A DNA stretch of 64,000 bases from Eledone cirrhosa (lineage: Eukaryota), in NCBI GenBank assembly GCA_964016885.1, contig OZ024745.1, positions 121,272,001-121,336,000 of the forward strand, written 5' to 3'. Positions 39,245 to 52,980 of this stretch are shown in pieces. Every line of letters starts with the position of its first letter. Within the stretch, counting starts at the first letter, position 1. The position numbers and the translations under genes were made by a program. The notes under the pieces were generated by a model. The model was not told the DNA's origin. It saw only the letters and a program-made list of their open reading frames with translations, and made no database searches.

Positions 39245-39756
39245 TAAAGTGCGTAGCTCAGAGATCAAAGAGTCACTCCAGGTAGAGCTGCTATTTCTCT
39301 GGATAGAGAGATCACAGCTCCAATACCACATGTGGCATGTGGCATGTGGTTAAACTGTCTCAGGAGATCAGAGAGTCACTCCAGGTAGAACCTCTACTTC
39401 TCCAAATTGAGAGATCACAGCTCTGATACAATGGGCATGTGGTTTAGAATGTCTAAGAAAAGAATCACTGGACAGATTTTACGGGCAAAACCAACTGGCA
39501 GGAAACCCAAGGACTGACCCCGAGCAAGATGGTTGGATAACATCCATGAGCTTGGCTGGTCATGCTTGGGGATCCAGCCGGAATAGTTGGAGAAATGGTT
39601 GCTTCTGGCAGTACCTGGTGGAAGGAGTGTTTGAGGACTCTTCCCCACGACCCTCTCAAGAAGAAGAAGAAGAAGAAGAAGAAGAAGAAGAAGAAGAAGA
39701 AGAAGAAGAAGGAGAAGAAGAAGAAGAAGAAGAAGAAGAAGAAGAAGAAGAAGAAT
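39245..39756 (+). pseudogene. RTE (Expander/Rex3-like) LINE 3' end with (GAA)n tail
   Basis: IRESLQVEPLLLQIERSQL (duplicated), GHVV, KPTGRKP..PRARWLDNIHELGWSCLGIQPE. Confidence 0.7.
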
Positions 39757-40059
39757 TAGCAATAATGAGGTACAAGGTTTCAATCAGATTTTGTGGAATC
39801 TAGTGTTTTTATCATCACCTCAGGTCGATCCTCAAACATCAATGGTGGTAGTGGTAGTGGTGGCAAGGCCACCATTTGAAACTGTAACAAGTATGGGAAG
39901 AGAGAGATGGGAGTGTGGGGAGAAATAGGGAAGGAAAATGAGAGAGAGAGAGAGAAAGAAAGAAAGAGAGAGGAAATTACTTTTATGGAAATATTGTTTA
40001 TCATCAAATTATAAATCAGTAAAATATTCCATTTTGGTAGTTTGTTGAATTTATTCAAT

Positions 40060-40500
40060 TTATTTTGTTGACTGCCTTCCACGCCATGCTGCTCTCAATG
40101 AGGTCATAAAACATGGATGCTGCAGGCGTCGCCTCCCTCCTCGAGCCGGCGGGGCTGGACCAAGGAGACGGCAAAAGGTCAGAGGGCATGACCATCTTCC
40201 CATTCTGTGATGGGAAACCCTTCATCTGGGATATCACATGCAGTGACACATTTTCCAACAGCAGCCTGTGATTAACCCAGGCCCTGCTGCACTTCAGGCT
40301 GAGGAGGGTAACTCTCCAAGTATCGGTCGCAGTGGAGACATCTGGTGTCCTTGGCCCTAAGGCCACCTCCCTACTCACCACCATCAACACAGAGCTGGTT
40401 AGCTGCAGGTGTTAGCCTCGTGAGCTGGAATGACTCTTTCAGTGCATCTCTCTTACCATCCTCTGGGGAAACGCCTTCTCTATTCTGTCTGCTGGGGCTG
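40060..40500 (+). pseudogene. CRE-clade non-LTR retrotransposon RLE domain remnant
   Basis: LEPAGLDQGDGKRSEGMTIFPFCDGKPFIWDITCSDT; AVETSGVLGP; ISLTILWGNA. Confidence 0.75.
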
Positions 40501-40969
40501 TGGGTCGGCCAGCACGTGGGACCCTATTTGTTCCTAATAGTGAGAGATGGGGAGGGCGGAAGAGACGGCGGCAATGACAGTGGGAGTTTGGTTCCTCTGT
40601 GTTCGGACCTATTGTACATGTGTGTTATGCAATTTGTGAAAAGTTTAAGTTGATTTCTGTACCTTTGTTAAGTTATGTTCTAAATCCCAGCTTAATAACA
40701 AGAAAGATAGTTATATATACATGTAATTATGTACTGTACATATTATTTGTGTGTAGATATATACAACTTATAAATACAGCATTTAAAACATTAAATTAAT
40801 ATTTAATACTGGGTGGTTGTTTCTAATTAAACTTGGTTAACTAGTAGAAAATTAATTAGTTTTAGAAATGTGATCATCTATGGTTGTCTGAATAATGACT
40901 CCTGGCACAGTTTCTTTCAATTTATTATGCATGCATTTTTTACCTGAACTGATGACGGAGGCTCCACGT

Positions 40970-41207
40970 CAGTGGTTCCCAAACAGTGCAGCGCACCTCA
41001 CAGGTGTGGCAGAAGAGGATAGCAGGTGTGGCAGAATGATTGAAAGACAATCAAAGAATTAGAAACAGTTTAATAAATTCATATGCCAAAAATAAATATG
41101 ATTTCCAAATTTAAAATATTATTATGGATTACTTCTAATTGCATGAGTCCCAGTATAAATAGTAAAAAATAATTATTGACTAATTTTATCATTGTGATAT
41201 TTTTGTA

Positions 41208-41239
<32 letters not shown>

Positions 41240-41645
41240 TTTACAACCGCTTTTCCCTGCTTGAAAGGGTGGGATGTCTTGTATTATATCAAGTATTAAG
41301 AATATAGTAACTAGGGTCTGCAAATTGGAGGAGAGAGTTATCACCAATAATGTTCTCACTTCGAATCCGTGGTTATCTCCTATTAACCCTCTCTTGGGTT
41401 TGTTTATCTCAAATTAGGTCTAATATAAAGAAGATTACTCATCAAAAACAAGCTCGTACCTTACATTAAATTTGTGTACTTTACTCATATTATAAGTTAT
41501 ATATGTTATATATTATATTTAACACACTATTAGTCATTATTTTTTAATTTTTAAATGTACTTTTTATCACAAATAATTTGGTGATGCATGAGCAAATTTT
41601 CATTCCGAAAATGCAGCCCAGACAAAAAAAGTTTGGGAACCACTG
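40970..41645. mobile_element. hAT (Charlie-like) MITE
   Basis: TIRs CAGTGGTTCCCAAAC / GTTTGGGAACCACTG; 8-bp TSD CTCCACGT / CTCTACGT. Confidence 0.9.
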
Positions 41646-42139
41646 CTCTACGTGGTCAATTGACCCACTAGAAACATTAGCCTTAGCTCCCTCAAATCAG
41701 ACTCTAACATATTTTTTAAATGAACACATTAGGTAGTGCAATTTAGAAAAATATAAAACGGGATGGTCGTGGCTGGAACATATTGGTAAGTCTGATCAAC
41801 CAGGGTCTACTTAGGAGATAAATAAATAAATACCCATGCTAGCATGGAAGATAGACGTTAAATGATGATGATGATGATGATGAATATAAAAACAACAGGA
41901 CCCCTATTTATGAAGCAGCGTTGGTACTGATGGTTAGCTTTGTATATTGTTCTACAGACTAAGGCTCAGTATCCCCTTTACCCTAGAAATTCTTTGATCT
42001 TTATTAGTTATTTTTGTTCTTTTTTATGAATAAATAAATAAGTGATTAAAGGAAAGTGAACACAGCATGGCCAAATGGTTAAAGAGTTCGCTTTGGAATC
42101 ATTAGGTTATGGGTTCAATCCTATTGTGTGACATCTTAA

Positions 42140-42344
42140 CACTTTAGTATTTACATTACTCTATATTTACTATTGTATTTTTATGGTAAAGGTTTTACCT
42201 CACATAATATTGGATCTATGAGATTTTGATATTATATATTTTGAGAATACCTTAACATCAGTATGAGTGGCCAGTTACAGCTGGTTTGAACAGAAAAAGG
42301 TGAGACAATTCTGGCCAGATATGGCTGGTTTAAATGCTAAAGGG
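42140..42344 (-). mobile_element. TTAA-flanked MITE (piggyBac-like), inserted in a SINE head
   Basis: TTAA-C(A)CTTTAGTATTTA..TAAATGCTAAAGGG-TTAA; sister copy 62691-62895. Confidence 0.75.
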
Positions 42345-43022
42345 TTAAGCAAGTGAACAAAATTGGGTAATTGGAAACTGGTTGGAAATCCATTTTGATG
42401 GAGTGCATATATAACTCAAAATGCCAAAATTGTCACTCACTGTTTCTTACAGAATCTCCCTTAGGAATTAAATTAACAGTACATGTATCTATGGAATACA
42501 CAGCTATTTGCATGGTAATTTCACAAACAGGCTGTTCCATTGTATGAACAAATGGAAGATTCATCGTTGAAACTGATGTAACACCACCCCATTAATAAAT
42601 GAATATATAAATAAATAATTTGGGCCTGAGGAACACTTACTTGACTGTGAGGTCGACATAACTTGTAAATGAACTGAAAAACATTAGGTCAATATAGCTA
42701 AATAGTTACAACAATAGCTTGTTTTACAGTAATTTTACATTTTTGCTCTACTTTTCTCTAATATGTTCACATAGGAAATATAACTAACAACAGCTGTGTC
42801 AGAACCCACACACACAAAAATCGATTCCTAATTCTGAAATACAGTTCTGGAACTGATGTAGTAAATAGAAGAAAGGCTATCCACCAACTTGTGACAAAAT
42901 ATTAAACCATGACCATCACCTGACACATCCAAGAATTTCTTAGAGGATTCCCTAAAACAGTGAGGATGTTCATATGGAAGGAAATTGGTCTCACAGTTGG
43001 TGACAATATATTTGTTAGGTCA

Positions 43023-43058
<36 letters not shown>

Positions 43059-43082
43059 GTGTGTTTGTGTATGTGTGTGTGT

Positions 43083-43237
43083 ACCCTGAGTCCAATCAGG
43101 AGTAACCAGAGTAAGTAAGGTACTCAATATATAGTAGAGTATATACATTATTTAATATAGAGATGACTCTACAGGACGAGAACTGTTTCATTCGAAGTAA
43201 ATCATCAGGAAACAGTCCTAGTCCTGTAGAAGCCATT

Positions 43238-43240
<3 letters not shown>
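43083..43240 (-). mobile_element. Hammerhead mini-element with inversion immediately 5' of the core
   Basis: Minus strand CTGATGA-TTTACTTCGAAT-GAAA-CAG..CTG-TA, abutted by the plus-strand 3' half GAAACAG..CTGTAGAAGCC; 30-bp direct repeats at 42995 and 43318. Confidence 0.7.
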
Positions 43241-43298
<58 letters not shown>

Positions 43299-43345
43299 AG
43301 AGAGAGATGACACTATTAGTTGGTGACAGTACATTTGTTAGGTCA

Positions 43346-43379
<34 letters not shown>

Positions 43380-43532
43380 GTGTGTGTGTGTATATATATA
43401 TAAATATGTGTGTGTGTGTATATATATATATAAATATGTGTGTGTGTGTATATATATATATAAATATGTGTGTGTGTATATATATATATATAAATATGTG
43501 TGTGTGTATGTATATATGTGTGTATATATATA

Positions 43533-44168
43533 TGTCAGGTCACCAGTTGGTGCTACTGGTAACATGTATCCCAGTACAACCTGTCTCATGGTCGGGTCGT
43601 TGGCGACTAAACTGGCAACCCCACCAAGGTTTCTTGGTGAGGAGGGTGACTTTGGACATCCTGCAGGACTAAAAACAAAACCTGTCAAAGGGCAAAGGAG
43701 CTCTTAAGAGTCAATGGCCATCCAAAATCACCGGGAGAGATGACCCCTTTAGCCTTAGTCAAGGCAGAATTCTAGGAGAAGGAAAACTCTGATATAACAC
43801 CTGCAACCCTGATGGTATCCAATGATGTTGACTTGTTCTTCTTTTTGGTAAATAGCATCTTGGTTAAGAGAGTGGGACTGGCTTTGTGCAGTGCCTTTGC
43901 TCACTATAAAAGCTTCACGGCACAGGCATTGCTTTATATCTGGAGATCTCTCTGCACTTGTCCTCACATGGGCCCAGCACTATGTGTCAATAATTGTCCT
44001 ACCATGGGCCTAGCACTATGTGTCAATGATTGTCACAGGTGTAGTGTTTGTACCAGAGGTTTCAAGTCGCTGGCTGGACTAAAAAGTCACACTCGTTCAG
44101 CGCTTCGGTAGGGGTTATCCTACATGGATGTAAAGTAGTGGCCGTGCTCGAAAACGAGTTGGCAGCCA

Positions 44169-44170
<2 letters not shown>
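43533..44170 (+). mobile_element. Bipartite non-autonomous RTE derivative (5' UTR fused to 3' end)
   Basis: 5' block shared with 4978 and 25625 and containing CTAGGAGAAGGAAAACTCTG, joined to the C2H2/3' UTR block shared with 6317 and 31463. Confidence 0.65.
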
Positions 44171-44205
<35 letters not shown>

Positions 44206-44491
44206 TGTGTGTGTGTATATATATAAATATGTGTGTATATATATATAAATATATGTGTGTGTGTATATATAAATATATATAAATATGTGTGTGTGTGTAT
44301 ATATATATATAAATATGTGTGTGTGTATATATATATATATAAATATGTGTGTGTGTATATATATATATAAATATGTGTGTGTGTATATATATATATATAT
44401 ATAAATATGTGTGTGTGTATATATTTATATAAATATGTGTGTGTATGTATATATATATAAATATGTGTGTGTGTATATATATATATAAATA

Positions 44492-44523
<32 letters not shown>

Positions 44524-44537
44524 AATATGTGTGTGTG

Positions 44538-44582
<45 letters not shown>

Positions 44583-44691
44583 ATATGTGTGTGTGTATAT
44601 ATAAATGTGTGTGTGTATATATATATAAATATGTGTGTGTGTATATATATATATATATAAATATGTGTGTGTGTATATATATATATAAATA

Positions 44692-44726
<35 letters not shown>

Positions 44727-45017
44727 ATATGTGTGTGTGTGTATATATATATATAAATATGTGTGTGTGTGTATATATAAATATATATAAATATGTGTGT
44801 GTGTATATATATATATATAAATATGTGTGTGTGTATATATATATAAATATGTGTGTGTATGTATATATATATAAATATGTGTGTGTGTATGTATATATAT
44901 ATATATATAAATATGTGTGTGTATATATATAAATATGTGTGTGTATATATATATATAAATATGTGTGTGTCTGTATATATGTGTGTGTGTGTATATATAT
45001 ATAAATATGTGTGTGTA

Positions 45018-45572
45018 TCATCATCATCATCATCATCGTTTAACGTCCATCTTCCACGCTAGCATGGGTCTGGACGGGAATTGTCCCACTTGAGGCAAGA
45101 GTGGTTGTCTTGCTCAGGACTGTCTGGCGGGTTTTCTACGGCTGGATGCCCTTCCTAACACCGACCACGTTTACAGTGTGGACTGGGAGGTTTTTACAGT
45201 GTTACCTACACGGCCACATTACAGCGTGGACTGTGTGTTTTTTTGCCGTGACACCTACACGACCTCATTTGTTTCGGACTTGATGTTGTCGTACCAACAT
45301 AACTTTACATTGGAAGGTTTGGTGTGGATGGTGTGGGGGTAGTAAGTCGGGGGTGTATTTTTGTTAGAGCGGCCTACTGACTGTAGTAGGTTTCACTTTA
45401 TACTTAGGTAAGGCGGGTCTTCTGTATTACTGCGTAGCGCCAAAGATCTCGGTCCAGTGGCATTGTCTTGGAGAGGTGTAAGTGTGTGAGGTCGGAATTT
45501 ATCAAGTCGTCCTAGGTTTTTCTTTCTGGGTCTACCTACTCCGTGGTTACCGTCTATTTTTATTGCTCTGCA
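45018..45572 (-). mobile_element. RTE LINE 3' end with (GAT)n tail; related copy 52390-52865
   Basis: Minus strand [31 protein letters not shown]; 3' UTR with AGGAAGGGCATCCAGCCGTAGAAA. Confidence 0.7.
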
Positions 45573-45938
45573 CTTATATATATATATATATATAAATATA
45601 AATATGTGTGTGTGTATATATATATATAAATATGTGTGTGTGTGTATATATATATATAAATATGTGTGTGTGTATATATATATATATAAATATGCGTGTG
45701 TGTATATATAAATATATAAATATGTATGTGTATATATATATATATATAAATATGTGTGTGTGTATATATATATATATATAAATATGTGTGTGTGTATATA
45801 TATATATATATATAAATATGTGTGTGTGTATATATATATATAAATATGTGTGTGTGTGTATATATATATATAAATATGTGTGTGTGTATATATATATATA
45901 TATAAATATGTGTGTGTGTGTATATATATATATAAATA

Positions 45939-46006
<68 letters not shown>

Positions 46007-46110
46007 TGTGTGTGTGTGTGTATATATATATATAAATATGTGTGTGTGTGTATATATATATATATAAATATGCGTGTGTGTATATATATATATAAATATG
46101 TGTGTGTGTG

Positions 46111-46141
<31 letters not shown>

Positions 46142-46254
46142 AGAGTGTATTGGTGTTGGCAGATTAGTTGAGGTTCACATTACATTCACTCTTGTCTGGG
46201 AAGAGGAGTAAATCAATAGAGATGATGGTGGCGGGGACGGTAGCTGCAGCAGCA

Positions 46255-46258
46255 ACGC

Positions 46259-46290
<32 letters not shown>

Positions 46291-46300
46291 ACAACAACAC

Positions 46301-46332
<32 letters not shown>

Positions 46333-46339
46333 ACAACAA

Positions 46340-46386
<47 letters not shown>

Positions 46387-46429
46387 ACAACAACACTACT
46401 ACTACTACTACTACTACCACCAACAACAA

Positions 46430-46471
<42 letters not shown>

Positions 46472-46516
46472 CAACAACAACAACAACACTACTACTACTA
46501 CTACCACCAACAACAA

Positions 46517-46554
<38 letters not shown>

Positions 46555-46597
46555 ACAACAACACTACTACTACTACTACTACTACCACCAACAACAA

Positions 46598-46635
<38 letters not shown>

Positions 46636-46661
46636 ACAACACTACTACTACTACGAACAAC

Positions 46662-46692
<31 letters not shown>

Positions 46693-46700
46693 ACAACAAC

Positions 46701-46731
<31 letters not shown>

Positions 46732-46784
46732 ACAACAACACTACTACTACTACTACTACCACTACTACAACCACCACCAACAAC

Positions 46785-46815
<31 letters not shown>

Positions 46816-46870
46816 ACAACAACAACACTACTACTACTACTACCACTACTATAACCACCACCAACAACAC

Positions 46871-46902
<32 letters not shown>

Positions 46903-46955
46903 ACAACAACAACACTACTACTACTACTACCACTACTACAACCACCACCAACAAC

Positions 46956-46990
<35 letters not shown>

Positions 46991-47160
46991 CAACAACAAC
47001 AACAACAACACTACTACTACCTCTACTACTACTACAACCACCAACAACAACAACAACAATAACACCATTACCACCAACACCACCACCAACACCACCACCA
47101 ACACCACCACCAACACCACCACCAACACCACCACCAACACCACCACCACCACCACCACAA
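46255..47160. repeat. Compound trinucleotide repeat (CTA)n(CCA)n(CAA)n
   Basis: Direct inspection; source of the poly-Leu and poly-Val ORFs. Confidence 0.95.
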
Positions 47161-47182
47161 TTATTTTAACGGCGGGCTACAA

Positions 47183-47365
47183 TAATTGTTTCTACTTTAG
47201 GCACAAGGCCAGCAATTACCCAGTGCATTACTGGTACTTTATTTTATCGACTCCGTAAGGATGAAAGGCAAAGTCAACCACGGCGGGATTTGAACTCAGA
47301 TCGTAAAGGGACGTAACTATGCTGGAAAGCATGGCGTCCGACCCTCTACCGATACTGCCAATCCA
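47183..47365 (-). mobile_element. SINE A full copy
   Basis: Family identity; tail segment repeated at 47369-47400. Confidence 0.9.
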
Positions 47366-47776
47366 CGACAATAATTGTTTCTACTTTAGGCACAAGGCCA
47401 ATAATGTTTTGTTTACAGTTTAAAAAAAAGCATTAAATGACGATGGAGTTGTCTCCCTTGAGACATACTGTTCCTAAATATTGAACTAATTATAGTGACG
47501 GAGTGTGTGTTGTGTATGTACGTAGGGATGGGTGTTGTATGGATGGATGGATTGTTCATCCATCTATACATAAATATATACATAAAACATATAGACATAC
47601 ATACACACATATGCATACATAAACACTTACACACACACTTACACACACACACACATACACACACACACGCGCGCATACATACACACACACGCATACATAC
47701 ATACACACACATACACAATACATACACACACACATACATACGCACATGCACATACATACACACATACATACCTATC

Positions 47777-49570
47777 TGTAATGGGCCTCCAGTTCCACGA
47801 CGAATATTCCAGTAACGAAAAAATGGCGAGGGATCGCAAGGGGCCGAAGCCTGAGATAACCTGCTACCGATGTAAGGGTGCAAGTCCCATTGCAAGGGGC
47901 CGAAGCCTGAGATAACCTGGTACCGATGTAAGGGTGCAAGTCCCATTGCAAGGGGCCGAAGCCTGAGATAACCTGCTACAGATGTAAGGGTACAAGTCCC
48001 ATTGCAAGGGGCCGAAGCCTGAGATAACCTGCTACCGATGTAAGGGTGCAAGTCCCATTGCAAGGGGCCGAAGCCTGAGATAACCTGCTACAGATGTAAG
48101 GGTACAAGTCCCATTGCAAGGGGCCGAAGCCTGAGATAACCTGCTACCGATGTAAGGGTGCAAGTCCCATTGCAAGGGGCCGAAGCCTGAGATAACCTGC
48201 TACAGATGTAAGGGTACAAGTCCCATTGCAAGGGGCCGAAGCCTGAGATAACCTGCTACCGATGTAAGGGTGCAAGTCCCATTGCAAGGGGCCGAAGCCT
48301 GAGATAACCTGCTACAGATGTAAGGGTACAAGTCCCATTGCAAGGGGCCGAAGCCTGAGATAACCTGCTACCGATGTAAGGGTGCAAGTCCCATTGCAAG
48401 GGGCCGAAGCCTGAGATAACCTGCTACAGATGTAAGGGTACAAGTCCCATTGCAAGGGGCCGAAGCCTGAGATAACCTGCTACCGATGTAAGGGTGCAAG
48501 TCCCATTGCAAGGGGCCGAAGCCTGAGATAACCTGCTACAGATGTAAGGGTACAAGTCCCATTGCAAGGGGCCGAAGCCTGAGATAACCTGCTACCGATG
48601 TAAGGGTGCAAGTTCCATTGCAAGGGGCCGAAGCCTGAGATAACCTGCTATAGATGTAAGGGTGCAAGTCCCATTGCAAGGAGCCGAAGCCTGAGATAAC
48701 CTGTTACAGATGTAAGGGTGCAAGTCCCATTGCAAGGGGCCGAAGCCTGAGATAACCTGCTATAGATGTAAGGGTGCAAGTCCCATTGCAAGGGGCCGAA
48801 GCCTGAGATAACCTGCTACCGATGTAAGGGTGCAAGTCCCATTGCAAGGGGCCGAAGCCTGAGATAACCTGCTACCGATGTAAGGGTGCAAGCAAATATT
48901 GCTAGCAATAGCGGCCGGGGAAATGGTCAAAATTGGGGCTACTGCGCTGATAGCTAACCCTGGGAGGCAGTAGAGGTCGTCTTGCAGTCGCTGCCCATAG
49001 TGGAGGTTCTGGTGGTGTCGGCAGAGGAGGGGGGGGGCTGTCAAGGGGCCTTGTGGACATGGGCTGCACAACGACCTTAGTGGATTGAGATGAGTAGTAT
49101 AAGGACAGTTGATGGTAGAGAGATCAAACGCAGTGAGGGGAAGATGGTGGTACAAGGAATAAAAATAAGGTTTAAAGCGAAGATGATCGACCATGTGGCG
49201 GATGGAATTGATGAGGTAATGGGCATGGATGTGATTGGCCGCTTAGGTGGCGTTACAGTGAGTGAGGATGGGGTAACGTTTGGTAGTGCAGGAATACCAT
49301 GCATCATATGTGTGCAACAGGAGAATGGGGTGAGCCATGAAGAAAATTGTGTTGTTCATAGCATACAAGACAAGGATTTCAGGGCTGTGTTCGACCGTCA
49401 GCGGTGGATACCTGAGTGGTACTGGAAAGGAGAGCCCGTAATGTTGAAGGACAGAGTGACCTGCTATCAACATCTCCTGAAAGGGGATGCTAAGAGCGAG
49501 ATTGAGGGAGATGTGGAAAGAGGGCTCGAGGAGGAAATATTAATTCCTTGGAAGGAGGAGGTAAAGAATG
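47777..49570 (+). mobile_element. Ty3/gypsy-like LTR retrotransposon remnant
   Basis: TGTAAT start, TGGCG PBS-like site, gag knuckle-like CYRCKG, protease C-terminus VMGMDVI, pre-RT region WYWKGEP..EILIPW. Confidence 0.65.
47836..48892. repeat. 56-bp satellite, ~19 copies, with 112-bp dimeric order
   Basis: Unit GCAAGGGGCCGAAGCCTGAGATAACCTGCTACCGATGTAAGGGTGCAAGTCCCATT; linked C/G and A/A variants alternate over ~47950-48600. Confidence 0.96.
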
Positions 49571-50589
49571 TTTTTGTGTGGTGTGGATGTATGGTTGCGT
49601 GTGTGCGAAAATAGTGTAATTGTTTGTGTGTGTGTTCCTAAATGTTTTCCCGCGGAGTTTAGGAAGAGATGGTGAAAAATCCGAGTATAGCAGGGTGGAT
49701 GTCTGGAGCGGTGTGACCAGTGGTGTAGAATCCGTGGAATGGTGTGGAGGAAGTAGAGAGTTGTGGAGTGCGCGCACAACAGGAAGTGGTCAAGAGGGTC
49801 AAGGCAGGGCGAAGGATGCGGGAGAGAGGAGATAGCAGTAGGAGGGTGACAGACGGGCAGTGGTAGGGATGGTCTGTATGTATATGTGAAATGTGTGTAT
49901 GTGTGTGCGGAGGTGCGGTAAACAGGAGGGGATGGGTATGCTGTTGCAGCGGGTGTCGCTGGCCATTGTCCACAGGAATGCTTTTGCTGTCTTGTCGGCG
50001 GTGCAGCCCCTCTACTACCGCGCCCTAGGCCCAGAGCCCAATATCCTCCCTCTTCCCCCTCCCCATTCTTCTGTGACACTAGAGTTCTTGCCCCCCCCCC
50101 CGTCTTTTTCTTTCTTTTTCTCTTTTTTCCGTTTTTACATTCCATTCTTCTCAATCCAAATTTTTTTTTTTTCCTTTTTCTATTAAACCCGTATTTACAT
50201 ATATTCCATAAATAAAATATTGAAATATACATGTACAACTATAAATAGTTGTACAATAGTTATTACACGCCTGCTTGTTCACTCGATCCTTTACAGCCAT
50301 CATGGTCCCTCTCTCATCGGCATGGTGCTCCTTAGGAGCCCCAATTACTAACCTAGCTTTCGAGCCCACTTTTCTGTCCAAGATGGCAATTGAGCCCCAT
50401 CAAAGTTTATTTTATTATAGTTAGGAACTACCTATCGATTCCTAAGTTATTGTATATGATCGAAGTCAGTCCCAAATACAGATTCTAATCTCTCCAAAGT
50501 TTTGACGACTTAATTCTTGATAAATTTAAAGGTTAGTTAATGTCAGACGTTCTCTAGAGTTACGTGACCTAGCAGCATTTCTCAAACGA

Positions 50590-51550
50590 TTTAGGGACCT
50601 AGGTCTACGTAAATGCTCGTCTCTATCTTTTTCTTGCTTTCCTTTCTCCATCCATGCTTACTTCTCTATGGTAACATCCTCTCTTTGCCAACATAGACTA
50701 GTTCCAATAGGGAAGTGGATGATGCTGTAATACAATGGAGGGAGCTAGGTTTGTCAGTTCCTGATACAGAAGAAGATAGTTTGGAGCAGAGACGGGGAAG
50801 ACTTACGTTTGAGAGACACATCCAACTCTTTCTTTCTCTTTGTTCAACCTGATCAATTTTCAAGGTCCTTTCTGAGGGTGCCAAATCCTCGGAGCACTGG
50901 AGCTGACCTGTGGCCAACATCTATGGTCTACTCAGTCTGAATGGACCCTGCATCTCCATTACCCTCAAGGTTAGAGCCAATGTGTGTATAGGGGGAATTG
51001 AAATGTCGTTGTGGCAGGCCCCTTTGACTCCATGGGGCATCATGGGTTGTCTTGCTGTCTGAACACAGGTCGCTTCAGTAACCATACCAAGCTGAACCTA
51101 ATTATCAAGCGGGCCATGGCTCAAGTTAACATCCCCTCAGTTCTGGAGCAAATTGGGTTGGCCAGCGTTGATAAGAAGAGGCCAGATGGTTTTAAAGATT
51201 GCCCTTAGGTAAAAAGTAGATGTTTCATTGGGGACACCACAGTTAGCGACTCCCACCCCCCCACCCCCCCCCCACCCACCCGCCACTCCCAGAAGCTGGA
51301 TCCATAGTCGCACAAAATAACATTCTAAAATACCAGGAATTATCGGCAAACTATTTTTTCAGTCTGTGGTGTTCGAGACGTTTGGAGGAGCTGGAATGCT
51401 GACAGCGAGGTTTTTGTCAACGTTGGCGGCTCGCCGTGTCGACGTATCAGGCAATACTCACAAGGGTACTTGGCTATTCATGTGACTTAGCCTCTCTAAC
51501 ATCCGCAGCAATGCTGAGAATGTATTAAATTGCCTCAAACATTATTTAAG
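50590..51550 (+). pseudogene. CRE-clade retrotransposon 3' remnant; a short further piece at 49915-50005
   Basis: GDLGLR; CRCG..MGHHGLSC..H CCHC zinc motif; LEQIGL..DKKRPDG; FETFGG; LSNIRSNA; LLQRVSLAIVHRNAFAVL. Confidence 0.75.
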
Positions 51551-51703
51551 AGACACTCCAGCGCCCCCTTGTGGCATGGGATTGAGAGTGCATGTCTTTT
51601 TTCCTTATATGTATATATATAAGAAAACAAACGAATCAAAGAAAGGAAAACAAAAAAATAAAAACAGACCCTCTAATATATTTTCCGTGCTATTTCCAAC
51701 TTC

Positions 51704-51784
<81 letters not shown>

Positions 51785-52070
51785 TAAAACATGTCTATAG
51801 AATCACCAGATAAAATATATACCATTTTCTCTCCCAATTAGCATAATTAACCATATAAAAAATCGATTAGACCAAGCTATAAGAATAAAGGCTTCTATGA
51901 AGAAATATCCGACGACAAATAACCGAAATCAGCCCTTCGCGCCGGCTGCGACGGAATATTTATCGAATATTTCGACAGCGTGTATGAATCGCCCAGATAT
52001 ACAGTCAATTAAACAGGATTAGGTGTAAAATAAACTAGGAGAAAAGTGAACATATTTAGTTGCAAAACAC

Positions 52071-52147
<77 letters not shown>

Positions 52148-52154
52148 TAAACCT

Positions 52155-52186
<32 letters not shown>

Positions 52187-52388
52187 GAAAAAGTAAGTCC
52201 TTCATCAGTGGCCTTCCAACCGTCCTAGGCATTTCATCACTTTAAAGGCCATATACCTCAGGTTGGTGCGAACAACGGCTAAAAAAAGTCGTTGGGACAC
52301 GTAAATAAAGGGGACGCTACACACACACACCTGTATATATATTTATATATATATATAGGTGTGTGTGTGTGGGTGTAGGTATATATGT

Positions 52389-52421
<33 letters not shown>

Positions 52422-52862
52422 GTTTAATGTCCATTTTCAACGCTAGCATGGGTAGGACGGACTATCCCGTTGTGAGAGATCCAAGTCGAAGACCGTGTTT
52501 CCTCACACAGAACTGATTTCGGATCAGTTTCTACGGCTGGATGCCCTTCCTAAAACCAACCACATTTACAGTGTGTGCTGGGTGCTGTTTGTCGTGACAC
52601 CACTTTACAGTGTGTACTGGGCGATTTTGTCGTGGCTCCATGGGGACCACTTTATGGTGTGGGTTGGGAAATTGGGTGGTGTAGGGAAGTTGCCTGAGGA
52701 ATCGAGGACGTGGGTATAGGAGTGGGATGATTACATCAAAGGAGGTGTATCGGAGGGGGAGATGGTAAGGAAGGTGTTGCATACTAGATATATACCTCAG
52801 CTCGAACATATGGGAGGGCAGGTCTTCTGTAGTACTGCATAGCACCAGAGATCACGGTCGTG

Positions 52863-52898
<36 letters not shown>

Positions 52899-52980
52899 GA
52901 GGGAACAGCTAGATGATGTAAAACGGAGTATAAGTATCAAAATGAAAATCCGAAGGCAAGGTAAAATTCCAATCATTTAA

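Noticed and set aside
43533-43625. HDV-like ribozyme in the RTE-derived 5' block (ACC-TGTCTCAT-GGT..GACTAA)
   Set aside because: Could not build P1, P1.1 and P2 consistently across the three copies by eye; needs an RNArobo search
46168-47158. Poly-Leu/poly-Val membrane-like ORFs
   Set aside because: Trinucleotide repeat translation
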